Assembly: GCA_965287045.1 (NCBI GenBank)
Contig: OZ336872.1
Location: 97,278,001 to 97,342,000, forward strand
Length of the DNA stretch: 64,000 bases
From: Carcharhinus amblyrhynchos
Lineage: Eukaryota
Reading direction: 5' to 3'
Every line of letters starts with the position of its first letter. Position 1 is the stretch's first letter. Below, piece by piece: positions 38,868 to 49,936 of the stretch. Both the position numbers and the translations under genes were made by a program. Below the pieces are notes generated by a model. The model was not told where the DNA came from, did not search any database, and saw nothing but the letters and a program-made list of their open reading frames with translations.

Positions 38868-39889
38868 TGTTTCCATATGAGCGAGTAACTGACCTTGCAG
38901 CAAAGTCTATTGTCATCGGTGAATGACATGCCCACACCCAATTTATATAGAATGGAAATGGAGGTGGACTATACAAATGGATTACAATCACATCTTATTT
39001 CAATGTGTTCATTCTATTCATGCCAAATCTTGCCTTATTGTGTTCTTTGAAAAACTTTGGCACATTTTGGATGGGGAATTAAAAATCCAAGTTCTTTTTA
39101 ATGAATTTGAAAACAAATGCTTCTGCTTCTGCTCCTTAAATGTCTCTTGGGTCCATACTTAGGACATTTGTATTTTCAATTCTTGTTGAAATTTGCTGTG
39201 TAAAACACAGATCTTTGAAGTCTATGCTGAAAAATATGACCTATTGCTTCCCTTTGTCCGAAGTGAAGGAGTCACTGTTTTTCTGTTTTATTCTTTACAT
39301 TGATTTTTTTTTCTTTTGTTTACAATAGAGAAAGGAGGAAAATATAATTTTTCAGCAATTGCACTGATTGATGTCTCCTACTCCTTCGCTGCCTATTGAG
39401 CTTCAGTGACATCTACTTGGACAGATTGTAACTCACTCATTACCGTAAAAAAATCAATCATAACCCCGTGAAGTGTAATCATTTTCAAGAAGGAAATCCC
39501 CATTCTCTCTGTCAGACTTGGTATGTAAGGGCTCTTACACTTGGAATCAATTGAGAGGCACACTCTCAACCATTTCCGAGGCCTTAACATTTCCAGGTGT
39601 AAAGAGAGGATACAGTTTTGTTGGTCCATGTCCTTTCCCTTGTGTTACATGCTCTCTTTTTTAAAGCCAGTGGCACACATTGAACAGTTGATGCTGATAG
39701 AATGGCATACACAGTGATCCATGTACATCAGGGAATACCCAGGGATGTTGCAAAGAGAGGATTATGTCTTCATGCTGTTGATGTGCATGGAAGAATAGTT
39801 ATACAGTTGAGATTCCTATTAAGGGAAGTAATGCTGGAAAGTGTGCCTGACCATTAGACAGGCAAGTACAGCCAATGAGGTCATTTTGA

Positions 39890-40130
39890 AATGTTGTAAC
39901 TTAGGAAATACAGCAGCTCAGGAAGGTCTCACAAACTGCAATGAGATAAATGACTGGATAATCTGTTTTATTTGTGTTGTTTGAGGGATAAATATTGCCC
40001 GAACACCAGGGGATCTCCTCTGTTCTTTTTTGAGTCAATTCTCGGGTTTTTTTATGTATCACCAGAGGAGGGCCAATAGGTCCTTAGTTTAATGTTGCAT
40101 GTGAAGGACGTCCATTAGTGCTACAATGGG
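39890..40130 (-). mobile_element. Ancient Deu-domain-like SINE remnant (SacSINE1/AmnSINE-like)
   Basis: cacaaactgcaatgagataaatgactggataatctg...gagggataaatattgcccgaacaccagggg resembles the Deu core. Recognised from memory, not by alignment. Confidence 0.45.
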
Positions 40131-40203
40131 AAGATTATTAAATACTGTATGAGTGTAAGGATGAAATGAAATATGTGCACACCAAAAATAGTTGTTTAAC
40201 TAA

Positions 40204-41586
40204 TAAGAACATAAGAACATAAGAAGTAGGAGCAGGAGTAGACCATCTAGCCCTTCGAGCCTGCCCCGCCATTCAATAAGATCATGGCTGATCTGAAGTG
40301 GCTCAGTTCCACTTTCCCGCTTTCTCCCCATAACCCGTAATTCCCTCTCTTATCAAAAACCTATCTACCTGTGACTTAAATATATTTAGCGAGGTAGCCT
40401 CCACCACTTCAACGGGCAGAGAATTCCAGAGATTCACCATCCTTTGAGTGAAGAAGTTCCTCCTCAACTCCATTCTAAACTGCTCCCCCCTTATCTTGAG
40501 GCTGTGCGCTCTAGTCCTGCTGTCCTTTCTGAGCAGGAAGAATCTCTCTACCTCTACCCTATCCATCCCTTTCATTATCTTATACATCTCTATAAGATCC
40601 CCCCTCATCCTTCTAAACTCCAGCGAGCACAGTCCCAGTCTATTTAGTCTCTCTTCATAGTCCAACCCCCTCATCTCCGGTATCAGCCTAGTGAACCCCC
40701 TCTGCACTCCCTCCAAGGCCAAAATATCCTTTCGCAAGTGCGGCGACCAAAACTGCACACAGTAGTCCAGCTGCAGCCTCACCAGTGCCCTGTACAGTTG
40801 CAGCAAGACCTCCCTGCTTTTATATTCTATCCCCCTCGCTAGTAAGGCCAGCATCCCATTCGCCTTCTTGATCACCTGCTGCACTTGCAGACTGGGTTTT
40901 TGCGACTCATGCACAAGGACCCCCAGGTCCCTCTGCACCGTAGCATGCTGCAGCTTTTCGCCCTTTAAATAGTAATCCCTCCTACTATTATTCCTGCCAA
41001 AGTGGATAACCTCACACTTGCTAACATTGTACTCCATCTGCCAGGTCCTCGCCCACTCGCTCAGCCTATCTAGATCCCTCTGCAGACTTTCCACACCCTC
41101 CGCACAATTTGCTTTTCCACTCATCTTTGTGTCATCAGCGAATTTCAACACCCTACACTCAGCCCCCTCCTCCAGGTCATCTATATAAATGATAAATAGC
41201 TGAGGCCCCAGTACCGATCCCTGCGGCACTCCACTAGTTACCAACCACCAATCAGAATAGCACCCATTGATACCAACTCTCTGCCTCCTATTAGACATGA
41301 TGTGGGTATGCCGGCGTTGGACTGGCGTAAACACAGTAAAAAGTCTGACAACACCAGGTTGGACTAAAACCTGGTGTTGTCAGACTTTTTACTCCTATTA
41401 GACAGCCAATCCTCTATCCACGCTAACACTTTACCCCCAACTCCATGCCCCCTAACCTTCTGAAGCAACCTTTTGTGTGGCACTTTATCAAACGCCTTCT
41501 GAAAACCGAGAAACACCACATCCACCGGTTCCCCTCTGTCTACCGCACTAGTCACATCCTCATAGAATTCCAATAAATTTGTCAAA
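40204..41586 (-). mobile_element. Young 5'-truncated CR1 (HER1-like) LINE: RT C-terminal half, antisense in VAMP intron 2
   Basis: ORFs 41364-41585 (TNLLEFYEDVT...FQKAFDKVPH) and 40303-41334 (SGVPQGSVLGP, KFADDTK, YCVQFWSP, RRMRGDLI), with a (TTCTTATG)n tail at 40204-40225. The frame is broken only by the insertion at 41298-41404. Confidence 0.93.
41285..41404. mobile_element. Short inverted-repeat insertion (Penelope-like terminal fragment) with a 13-bp target-site duplication
   Basis: ctcctattagaca occurs at 41285-41297 and 41392-41404, and a perfect 26-bp inverted repeat lies at 41335-41360 / 41368-41393. The family assignment is from memory. Confidence 0.75.
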
Positions 41587-41844
41587 CTATATCACTATGT
41601 GGGAACAATGCAATCCCCACCTTATCCTACCTTATTCCTATCAAGGCCATTGAACTTTCACCAACAGGTCATTGAAACAATATTATTTGTAGCAAAATCC
41701 TCAGCAACTTTCCTGAAGGTTTGATAGCTCATTCATGGAGATGGCTAGCAAGAGATAGCATCTCCTTTGTTGCACTGGCTGTGAAACATATTTCTAGAGC
41801 CTCCCTTTTTGACCACAGCCGTCAATTGCTGACATTACTGTAAC

Positions 41845-42552
41845 AGAATCAGAGTGCCGAAGAAGGCTACTCAGCCCATCAAGTCTGTACCGACCGTCTG
41901 ACAGAGCATCTTAACTTAGGCCCACCTTCCCTTCTCATCCCTGTAACCGCATGCACTTACCCTGCTAACCCCCCAACGTACACATTGTGGGACACTAAGG
42001 GGCAATTTAGCATGGCCAATCCACCTAACTTGCATATCTTTGGACTGTGGGAAGAAACTGGAGCACCTGGAGGAAACCCACATAGACATGAGGGTGGAGG
42101 GTGGGTCAGGGGATTGGGGGATGAATTTTACTGTCCCTCGCATCACGGGAATCAGAGTTAGTGAGGGGCAGACCATGAAAAGGTCCATTGACCTTGGACA
42201 TTACTTTCTAGTTTTGGGATGAGTGAGGCTGATAGTCATAGAATGCACAGAGCAGAAGGAGGCCATTTGGCCCATCGAAACTGCACTGATGATGATCCTA
42301 TCCAGGCCCTAAGCCCGTAATCCCAGATATTTACCCTGCTAATTCTCCCTGACATGAAGGGGCAATTTACCATGACCAAGCCACCTAACTCACACATTTT
42401 TCGACTGTGGGAAGAAACTGGAGCACTTGGAGGAAACCCACACAGACATGGGGAGAATGTGCAAACTCCAAACAGACAGTGGCCCAAGCCGGGAATCAAA
42501 CCCGGGTCCCTGGCACTGTGAGGCAGCAGTGCTAACCACTGTGCCACTGTGC
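41845..42552 (-). mobile_element. Two tandem HE1/V-SINEs, type A (41845-42090 partial and 42236-42552), separated by a MITE
   Basis: Two copies of ggggcaattta.catg.ccaa.ccacctaac and gaggaaacccaca.agac. Confidence 0.8.
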
Positions 42553-42955
42553 AGCCCACTTTGCCACCATGTCACCTGTGTGCTGTCATTTCCATTTTCT
42601 TTGATAGAATCCTCTTCAGACAAGCCTTCATAAAGCTCTGAACTATACCTTTGTCACCCAGGTTATGATCCCAGGACTAGAGCCAGGTTCAGGAAGGTTC
42701 AAGGAAGGTCCAAACCATGCACCTTATGATAGGATGCTGAGCTATCACATAAACTGACTCTCTATCTAATTCATATGTATATTCCAACAATAGGAATGTT
42801 TCTAAAGTGGGATGGAGAAATCTTTAAAAGAATATCTGTGGAAGACATTGAATGCATTTTGGATCTCTTACTGAAATGATGAAATCTACATATTATGTTA
42901 AATCTAATGTAAGAGCTTGGAATTGTGAAATATATCCTTGGACTGTACTTCCCAG

Positions 42956-43114
42956 GTGGTGGACATCATGCGAGTGAATGTGGACAAAGTCCTTGAGCGA
43001 GATCAGAAGCTATCAGAGCTCGATGATCGTGCAGATGCACTCCAAGCTGGGGCATCACAATTTGAAACGAGTGCTGCTAAGCTGAAGAGGAAGTATTGGT
43101 GGAAAAACTGCAAG
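42956..43114 (+). CDS. VAMP2: Synaptobrevin/VAMP exon 3 (R-SNARE core)
   Basis: Acceptor tacttcccag|GTG and donor AAG|gtgaga; 159 nt. Encodes [53 protein letters not shown], the canonical synaptobrevin SNARE helix. Confidence 0.97.
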
Positions 43115-44157
43115 GTGAGAATGTTCAAACTACATGCCACAAAGCTGAGCAATGCCTGAAGGGATCTGATAGCAGTGAATGGGGCTATAAATCTACCAGA
43201 GAGGACCTACAGCTTATAATGTGTCAGTAGGTAGTAAAAAAGAGGTATAAAATTACATGCCCGATACTATATGTGTAACTCTGAGTTTACATACCCGGTT
43301 AGCAAAATAAATCTCATAAGAAAAATACTGCAATTAATTGATGGCATTCATTAACCCAACCACAGGATCAAATGTCAGCTTTCAAGGAATGACATTTAAA
43401 CTTCAAAATTTCACTAGAGCCCTGAAGTTGCATCTTACTATCTGTTAAATAAGATACACAAGACAATTTTAAATCTTATCAAAATGTTTACTTTATAGTC
43501 CAGATTTGGTATGATTCATCACTTAAATCCATCATTTAAGAGATGAATTTAAATAAAAGTAGCAGGATATAAATACCCATCCAGCAAATATTTGGTATAC
43601 AATGATCCTTTAACCGTTAGCTTCTGGATGCTTCTAATCTCCCAGCAACAACTTATTGGATGCAGTTGCTTCCGTGTTGAAGTAATAAAGCTATTTAAAT
43701 GTCAAGATTGGCTTTAGCTCTATAATATTATCTCTACTGCAAAACTAAACACGTTAAATGTTGAATAGACTTTGGGAAGATTTCTTTTTTGTGATACGCC
43801 TGTCAAAAAACAAAAAAAGTACAGAATGTGCTTGTGACATGCTATCCTTTATTACCATTTTCCATGTCTTCCTTTTCTGAAATTCTTTTTGTTGTGTTCT
43901 TCTTTCATTCTTTTCCACCTTTTATAATTTCCCCTTTTTTCTCAGAACACTCACAGTGAGGTTATATTAGATGCTTTATGGTCTTGAAATTAATTTGAAA
44001 TATTTCACCCACTTTATTTTCGTCTTCTGGCTAAACTGCCCTCTGTGCAGTTGCTGCAACTTTAGAGAGAAATGTGACCTTTGAGTAGCTCAAAGCAACA
44101 TCAAAGACTTTTTTTTCTGCTAATCGAGTATCAGCACTGTAAGAATTATCAAGGTTA

Positions 44158-44400
44158 TATCCTAGAATCCCTACAGTGTAGTAGGAGGCCATTTGGCCCA
44201 TCAAGTCTGCACCAAAACAATCCCATCCAAGCCTATCCATGTAACCCCACGCAATTGACCTGCTAATCTTCCTCCTGACACTTAAGGAGTAATTTTGTAG
44301 CATGGCCAATTCACCTAACCCATACATCTTTGGAATGTGGTAGGAATTCAGAGCACCTGGAGGAAACCTACGCCATCATGAGGAGAACATGCAAACCTTA
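44158..44400 (-). mobile_element. HE1/V-SINE, type A (partial)
   Basis: tagaatccctacagtg...ggccatttggcccatc tail and core. Confidence 0.75.
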
Positions 44401-46151
44401 CACTGTGCAAACTCCATACAGCGATGAATGGATAAAATCTTTCTGCATTTTAACGAAGAGTGATCTACTGCTACAATAAGACAGTATCCTTTCCCTATCC
44501 ACTTACAATGTGACTCAAAATATGTAGTGGCAATTAAATCTGCACAAGTAGCAGATTTGTGAAGTTTGCACACATTTTTCTTAGTACAGATTATTTGTAA
44601 AACTGACAATAAGAGAGATAACCTTCCCACAGTGTGGCAAATATTCAGCAAATATTCAGTTTTGGAAGAAGGAATGTTGCCAACAAGAATTTTGTTGACA
44701 ATCGTTGTCTAAGTGACCATATTCAAAGTTAAATCAGTAGCTATGGTCGGCATTATCATAGCACAAGTACAGTCAATGTGCTCAGAAAATTTCTCAAATA
44801 TCAGTCTTACTTCTTCCTCATCCAACATCCATGCATTTCCAAATTTAAGCCAAAGGAATTTGTTACGGCATGAAAAATATTGTTTACTTTTAAAAAACAT
44901 GTACATATTTCCAGTTTTAATTATGCACACATCAGCCTGGATTTTCCAGCCATTCTCTTCCCGCCACCGCTGCAAGCGAAGATGAAGAATTCAGTGCTCA
45001 GCCAAATCTCCATTCACTGCAGCGGGACCAGAAAATCTTGTCGGCGTGAATGACCAGAGAATTCCCCCTCATCTTGTCTATAAAATCTTACTTCCTAATG
45101 TTACATTTTGGAAATTTCTGTCTCCATATTTTTAGTAGAAAATTATAATTCCACCCCCCTCTCAGATATGTTACCATACCACCTCAGTTTTGTGCTTTCC
45201 TATGCTTCTACTGCAGAGAAACTTCTATGCTTCAACAAATTCTACTTTTCTGCTTCCCAAGCTATTGTAAGTTTTGGTATTTGGTGATGAATTATAATGG
45301 GCCAGACTTAACAATAACCAGCACATTTAACTTCCACGAGCTTTTACAAAGCATGTTGCTGTAGCTGGGAGATCAAAATTGCTCAGTGCAACAGCAGGGG
45401 ATCTGTGTATGTCCTTAATCAATCAAGTCAAAAATCTGTCAATGAAACATCAAGGGCAATACCACAGCAGGTTGGCGAACACACAAATAAAAATAGAAAA
45501 TGCTGGAAATATTCCATTTAGGTGGCGTCTGTGGAGAGAGAGAAACAGAGTTAGCATTTCAGCTCAAAGTCTTTTCAAAGTGCTGTTTTATCGACAGGAA
45601 TTGTGTGCATAGTTAAGATTGGAAACCTTTTGGAGGGTATTTGAAGTGGAATATTAACTGTTTCCCTTGCCTGCTACAAGAAGCAATTGAGGTGAACAGC
45701 AGAAATGCACTTAAGGGGAAGATAAGCTGCTAAATGGGGAAGGAATAGAAGATTATGCTGATAGGGTTTGATGAAGAGTGGTGGGAGAGGTTCATGTGGA
45801 GTGCAGACACTAGTCTAGACCAGTTGGACCAAATGGTCAGTTTCTGACACCTTGTGATATGTCTGGAACCAAAGTCCAAAATAAATTTGGTGGCAATGAA
45901 CAGACACACCTCTGTTGTTAGCAGGGGCATCACTACATACCATAAGGATTTGGGGCTCAGGCCCTCTATCAAACATACACAAGTACAAACAGGAATTAAA
46001 GTGTAATCCATAGTGCTGTGCTGGACTAATATTAAAATAACCCCCAAAAAATAAATAATTAAATTAACTAAATCTGACTTTATATAACTTTATTTGATAT
46101 GATATGCTTATGCATACCGCTTGCCTAATTTCTCTCTTGTTAACGTTATAG

Positions 46152-46203
46152 ATGATGATTATACTTGGAGCAATATGTGCATTCATTATCATCGTTATCA
46201 TAA
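46152..46203 (+). CDS. VAMP2: Synaptobrevin/VAMP exon 4 (transmembrane anchor)
   Basis: Acceptor tctctcttgttaacgttatag|ATG and donor A|gtaagt; 52 nt. Encodes MMIILGAICAFIIIVII plus 1 nt (phase 1). Too short to appear in the ORF track. Confidence 0.95.
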
Positions 46204-47069
46204 GTAAGTATTTTTATTGGAATATATGATAACTCTGCAATGTTTCATATTAACTGCCTTACACTGTGGCTCTAACTTAGGTTTGGAAGAATAAAATCAC
46301 TTGGTTCTCCTTTTTTCCTAGCACACAGTTAGGACCCTGACAGCTTTTTGTAGGTTATGTAGTGTCAGATGTTGATGCCTTCAACTCACTGTGAGCAGTG
46401 CCATGTGAGATCCATTAATACTAAGGAAAGGGCAAAACCAAACAAGCTGGTAATACTGAAATGGCATCATATGTAAAAATTGTGTCATAACCAACCTCTC
46501 TGCAGCAGAGGCTTGTAATCAACAGACGCGTAACTGTGCTAGGGCCAGTGTAGGCGTGTTAAAATTAAATGACCTACATTGGAGGTCCTTGGGTCTGGCA
46601 ATAGGGAAAGAGAGTTCTGAAATGCAAGAGAATTGGGACAGTACGTTGTGAAAGTTGTTCGACTGTGACATGTCTTCAGTTATAGGAGCACTATGTTGAG
46701 ATATTATGGTGTGGGGAAAGTTTTGTAGAGGAAGTGACTGCTGGTTGTGGCAGTACTGAAAGGTAGTGAGAGCTTCGGATCATGGAGCATTTGGTGAGGG
46801 GCCCCAGAGTCTTAAGCCAACGGTGGAGTCTGGGACCAGTGGACAGTCTACTGAAGTAAAGGGGAATGGGGGGAAAGAAGGTGCATTTCTGTTGGAAGGA
46901 GGGACTAAGTTCTGTGCATAATTGGACACGATAAAAGTACTGGGGAGAGAAATTTCAAAAGACTTCTAGCATTACAGAAAGCAATTTTGGAGTCTATGAT
47001 TATTAGAGAGGGTGGAGGATTGGGTCCCCATGTAATTGAATTGGGTCTGAGAGTAGTTGCTCGTAAAAT

Positions 47070-47407
47070 CGTAGAAGTCCTAGAGTTCAGAAGGAGGCCA
47101 TTTGGCCCATCAAGCCTGCATTGACCCACTTTATTTTATCTACCTCAGGCCCTATTTCCATAGTCCCATGTTATTTGCCCACTGATCACCCCTCACCAAC
47201 ACATCTTGGAACACTAAGGGGCAATTTACCACAGCCAATCCACCTAATCTACACATCCTTGGACTGGGAGAAAGTCACAGCACCCATAGTAAACCCATGC
47301 AGACATGAAGAGAACATGCAAACACATTGACAATCACCCAAGGCCAAAATTGAACCCGGGTCTCTGGCACTGTGAGGCAGCAGTGCTAACCACTGAGCCA
47401 TCACGCC
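47070..47407 (-). mobile_element. HE1/V-SINE, type A
   Basis: Reverse-complement head gcactgtgaggcagcagtgctaaccactg and tail. Confidence 0.8.
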
Positions 47408-47499
47408 ATTGAAGGCAACACTGAATCTCATCCATCTGTGTAAGTCTTATCCAGCTCCTGTCCTTTCACAGATACTCGCTGCATATATAGCTGTTAGTT

Positions 47500-48935
47500 C
47501 ATAGTGATACTAGCTGGCCTGCACCCTAAGGTCTTAAAAGAGGAGGCTGCAGACATAATGGATGCAAGGGTCGTAATCTTCCAAAATTGCTGAGATTTTG
47601 TTAATGTCCCAGAGGTTTAGATCACCTCCAATATAACAGCACAATTAAGGAACGGAATGAGACAGAAAGCAGTTAGTCTAACATTTGGAAAATGCTAGAA
47701 TCCATTATCAAGGAGTTGCAGGACATTTAGAAATTCACAATACAATCAGGCAGAGTCAATGTGGTTTTGGGAAAGGAAAATTGTGTTTGACAAATTTATT
47801 AGTTCTATGAGGATGTAACTAAAGGGGACTGGCAGATGTTATGTATTTGGATTTACACAAGGCATTTGATAAGATGCTACATGAAAGATTTATGCACAAG
47901 ATAAGAACTCATGGTGGCATATCAGCATAAGTAGAGGATTGGCTAACTAACAGGAAACAGAGTTGGGTTAAACTCTAAGTAGTGGAATACTGCAGGTATC
48001 AGTGCTAGGGCCTCAACTATTTATGACCTATGTTAATGACTTGGATGAAGGAACCAACTTTATTGCAACCAAATCTGGTGGTGATGCAAAGATAGTTAGG
48101 AAAAAAAGGTTGTGAGGGAAATATAAAGTGTTGCAAAGGAATAAGTTAAGCGAGTGGGCAAATATTTAACAGTTGTAGTATAATGTGAAAAAATGTGAGC
48201 TTGCCCACTTTGGCATGAACAATAGAAAAACAAGCTATTTAAATGGATAGAGATTGCAGAATGTGCCCTTGTACGTGAATCACAAAATGTTGGCATGCAG
48301 TTGTGGCAAGTAGTTGAGAAGGTAAACACAATGCTGGCCTTTATTGCAAAGGGAATAGAGTATAAAAGTAAGGAAGTCTGGCTACAACTGCACAGGGCAT
48401 TTTTGAGCTCACACTTGAAGTAATGTGTACATTCTAGTCTCCTTACTTGTCTTGGATCCAGTCCAAACAAGGTTCGGTAGGCTAATTCCTGGGATGAAGT
48501 GATTCTGAGCAGAGATTGAGTAGGTTGGGTTTACATTGAGCCTATTGTAGAAGAACGTGATCTTAATGGAGCATATAAAACTCTCGGGGAGCTGGACAGA
48601 GTAATGCTGAGAGGTTGGTTCCCCCTTGTGGGAAAATTTAGAACCAGGAGACGCACTAAAAATAAGGGGCCTTCTTTTCAATGAAGAGGAATTTCTTCTC
48701 TCAGAAGATAATTAGGTTTTGGCATTCTCTTCCCCAGACAGGAGTAGAGGCTGGATCATTGAATATATTCAAGGCTATTTGGACAAATATTTGATTGAGA
48801 AGGAAGTCCTGACTTATGGGGGACAGGCAGGGAATTAGGGTTAAGGACACAGTCAGATCAGCCATGACCTTACTGAATGGTGGAGCAGGTTTGATGGTCC
48901 AAATGGCTTGTCCCTGTCCCTATTTTTTAGAATTT
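47500..48935 (+). mobile_element. Old CR1 LINE fragment in VAMP intron 4
   Basis: Decayed TNLL.F.EDVT, DxxKAFDK and GSVLGPQLF motifs, with a 3' UTR similar to the young CR1 copy. Confidence 0.8.
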
Positions 48936-49919
48936 TATGACCTTTTCCTCTCTGCCCCTCAATTCAATTTGGCATCTTTTCCAAGCTGGTATTCCTCTTT
49001 GAGATGTGACCTACCTACATAGTGCAAGGTAGCCATATTGGAAGTTCTCACTCTGGAGATTTGATTGATTGGCACCCTTGGCTGTCAACTGCAGCAACCT
49101 GCCTTTTATGGGCATACTTTGCCATTTTGTTTTTAACGATTGAATGGAAGTTTTTACAATAGGAACATGTTACATACTGATCTAGATTTTGTCATCTTGA
49201 TAAGGGACAAAGCCGCATCAGTTGGGAGGGGGTGTGGAGGGGGGGATAGAGAGTGGTATTCAGGGCCCACTTCTTATATTCCCATTGTGTAGTATTTTTA
49301 AGAGCATAGGATAAGGTTGTGAGTCTGCATGCAGCAATCCTAACACCAGTCGCTCCATTGTGGAGTGGTGACTTCAGATCGTCAACCAAAAGGTGAACCT
49401 GTTCCAGATTTGGGGAAACTTCTGACAGATAAATTTAACATGTCGTAATGTAATGCTGAATGATAAGTATGGTTTCAATACAGGAATTAATGATAGGGTT
49501 TTGTTTGAAAAAAAAATTAGTGACTTTTAAATTGATCAGCATGGTTTCCCCCTCGTTCATGACAGTTCGGAGCTGGCAGGAGTGATGTCTCCTTCAGAAG
49601 CATCTGGAAACCAGCCCAGCTCCATGAAAATTGAGGGGAGTGTGAAATCACCATCTCCACAATAGAGGCATCAGGATTGCTACATTGGGGTTTTTGACCC
49701 ACACTCATGCCATGCCCTCAAAAATGCCACTTGATGATCATAAGGGTGAGATTCCCAGAATCGGATCCTGCCTGCCTTTGTCTCTCCCCAACATGGGTTT
49801 GCCTTGCATTGGGATGGTTCGTAATGTCCTTTGAAGCTAAACTTAGTTCCAAACTCTCTTTTTTTCCCAGTTTACTCGCGCTCTCTGATTTTCCACTCTT
49901 TCTTGTTGCTCCTTTCCAG

Positions 49920-49936
49920 TTTATTTCTGCACCTGA
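49920..49936 (+). CDS. VAMP2: Synaptobrevin/VAMP terminal coding exon 5
   Basis: Acceptor tcttgttgctcctttccag|TT TAT TTC TGC ACC TGA. With the A from exon 4 it reads IYFCT*, matching the VYFST (VAMP2) and IYFFT (VAMP1) ends. Confidence 0.9.

Noticed and set aside
40303-41334. 343-aa ORF as a host gene or novel reverse-transcriptase system
   Set aside because: It is the RT C-terminus of a 5'-truncated CR1 LINE with its tail. Its N-terminal residues come from the hairpin insertion.
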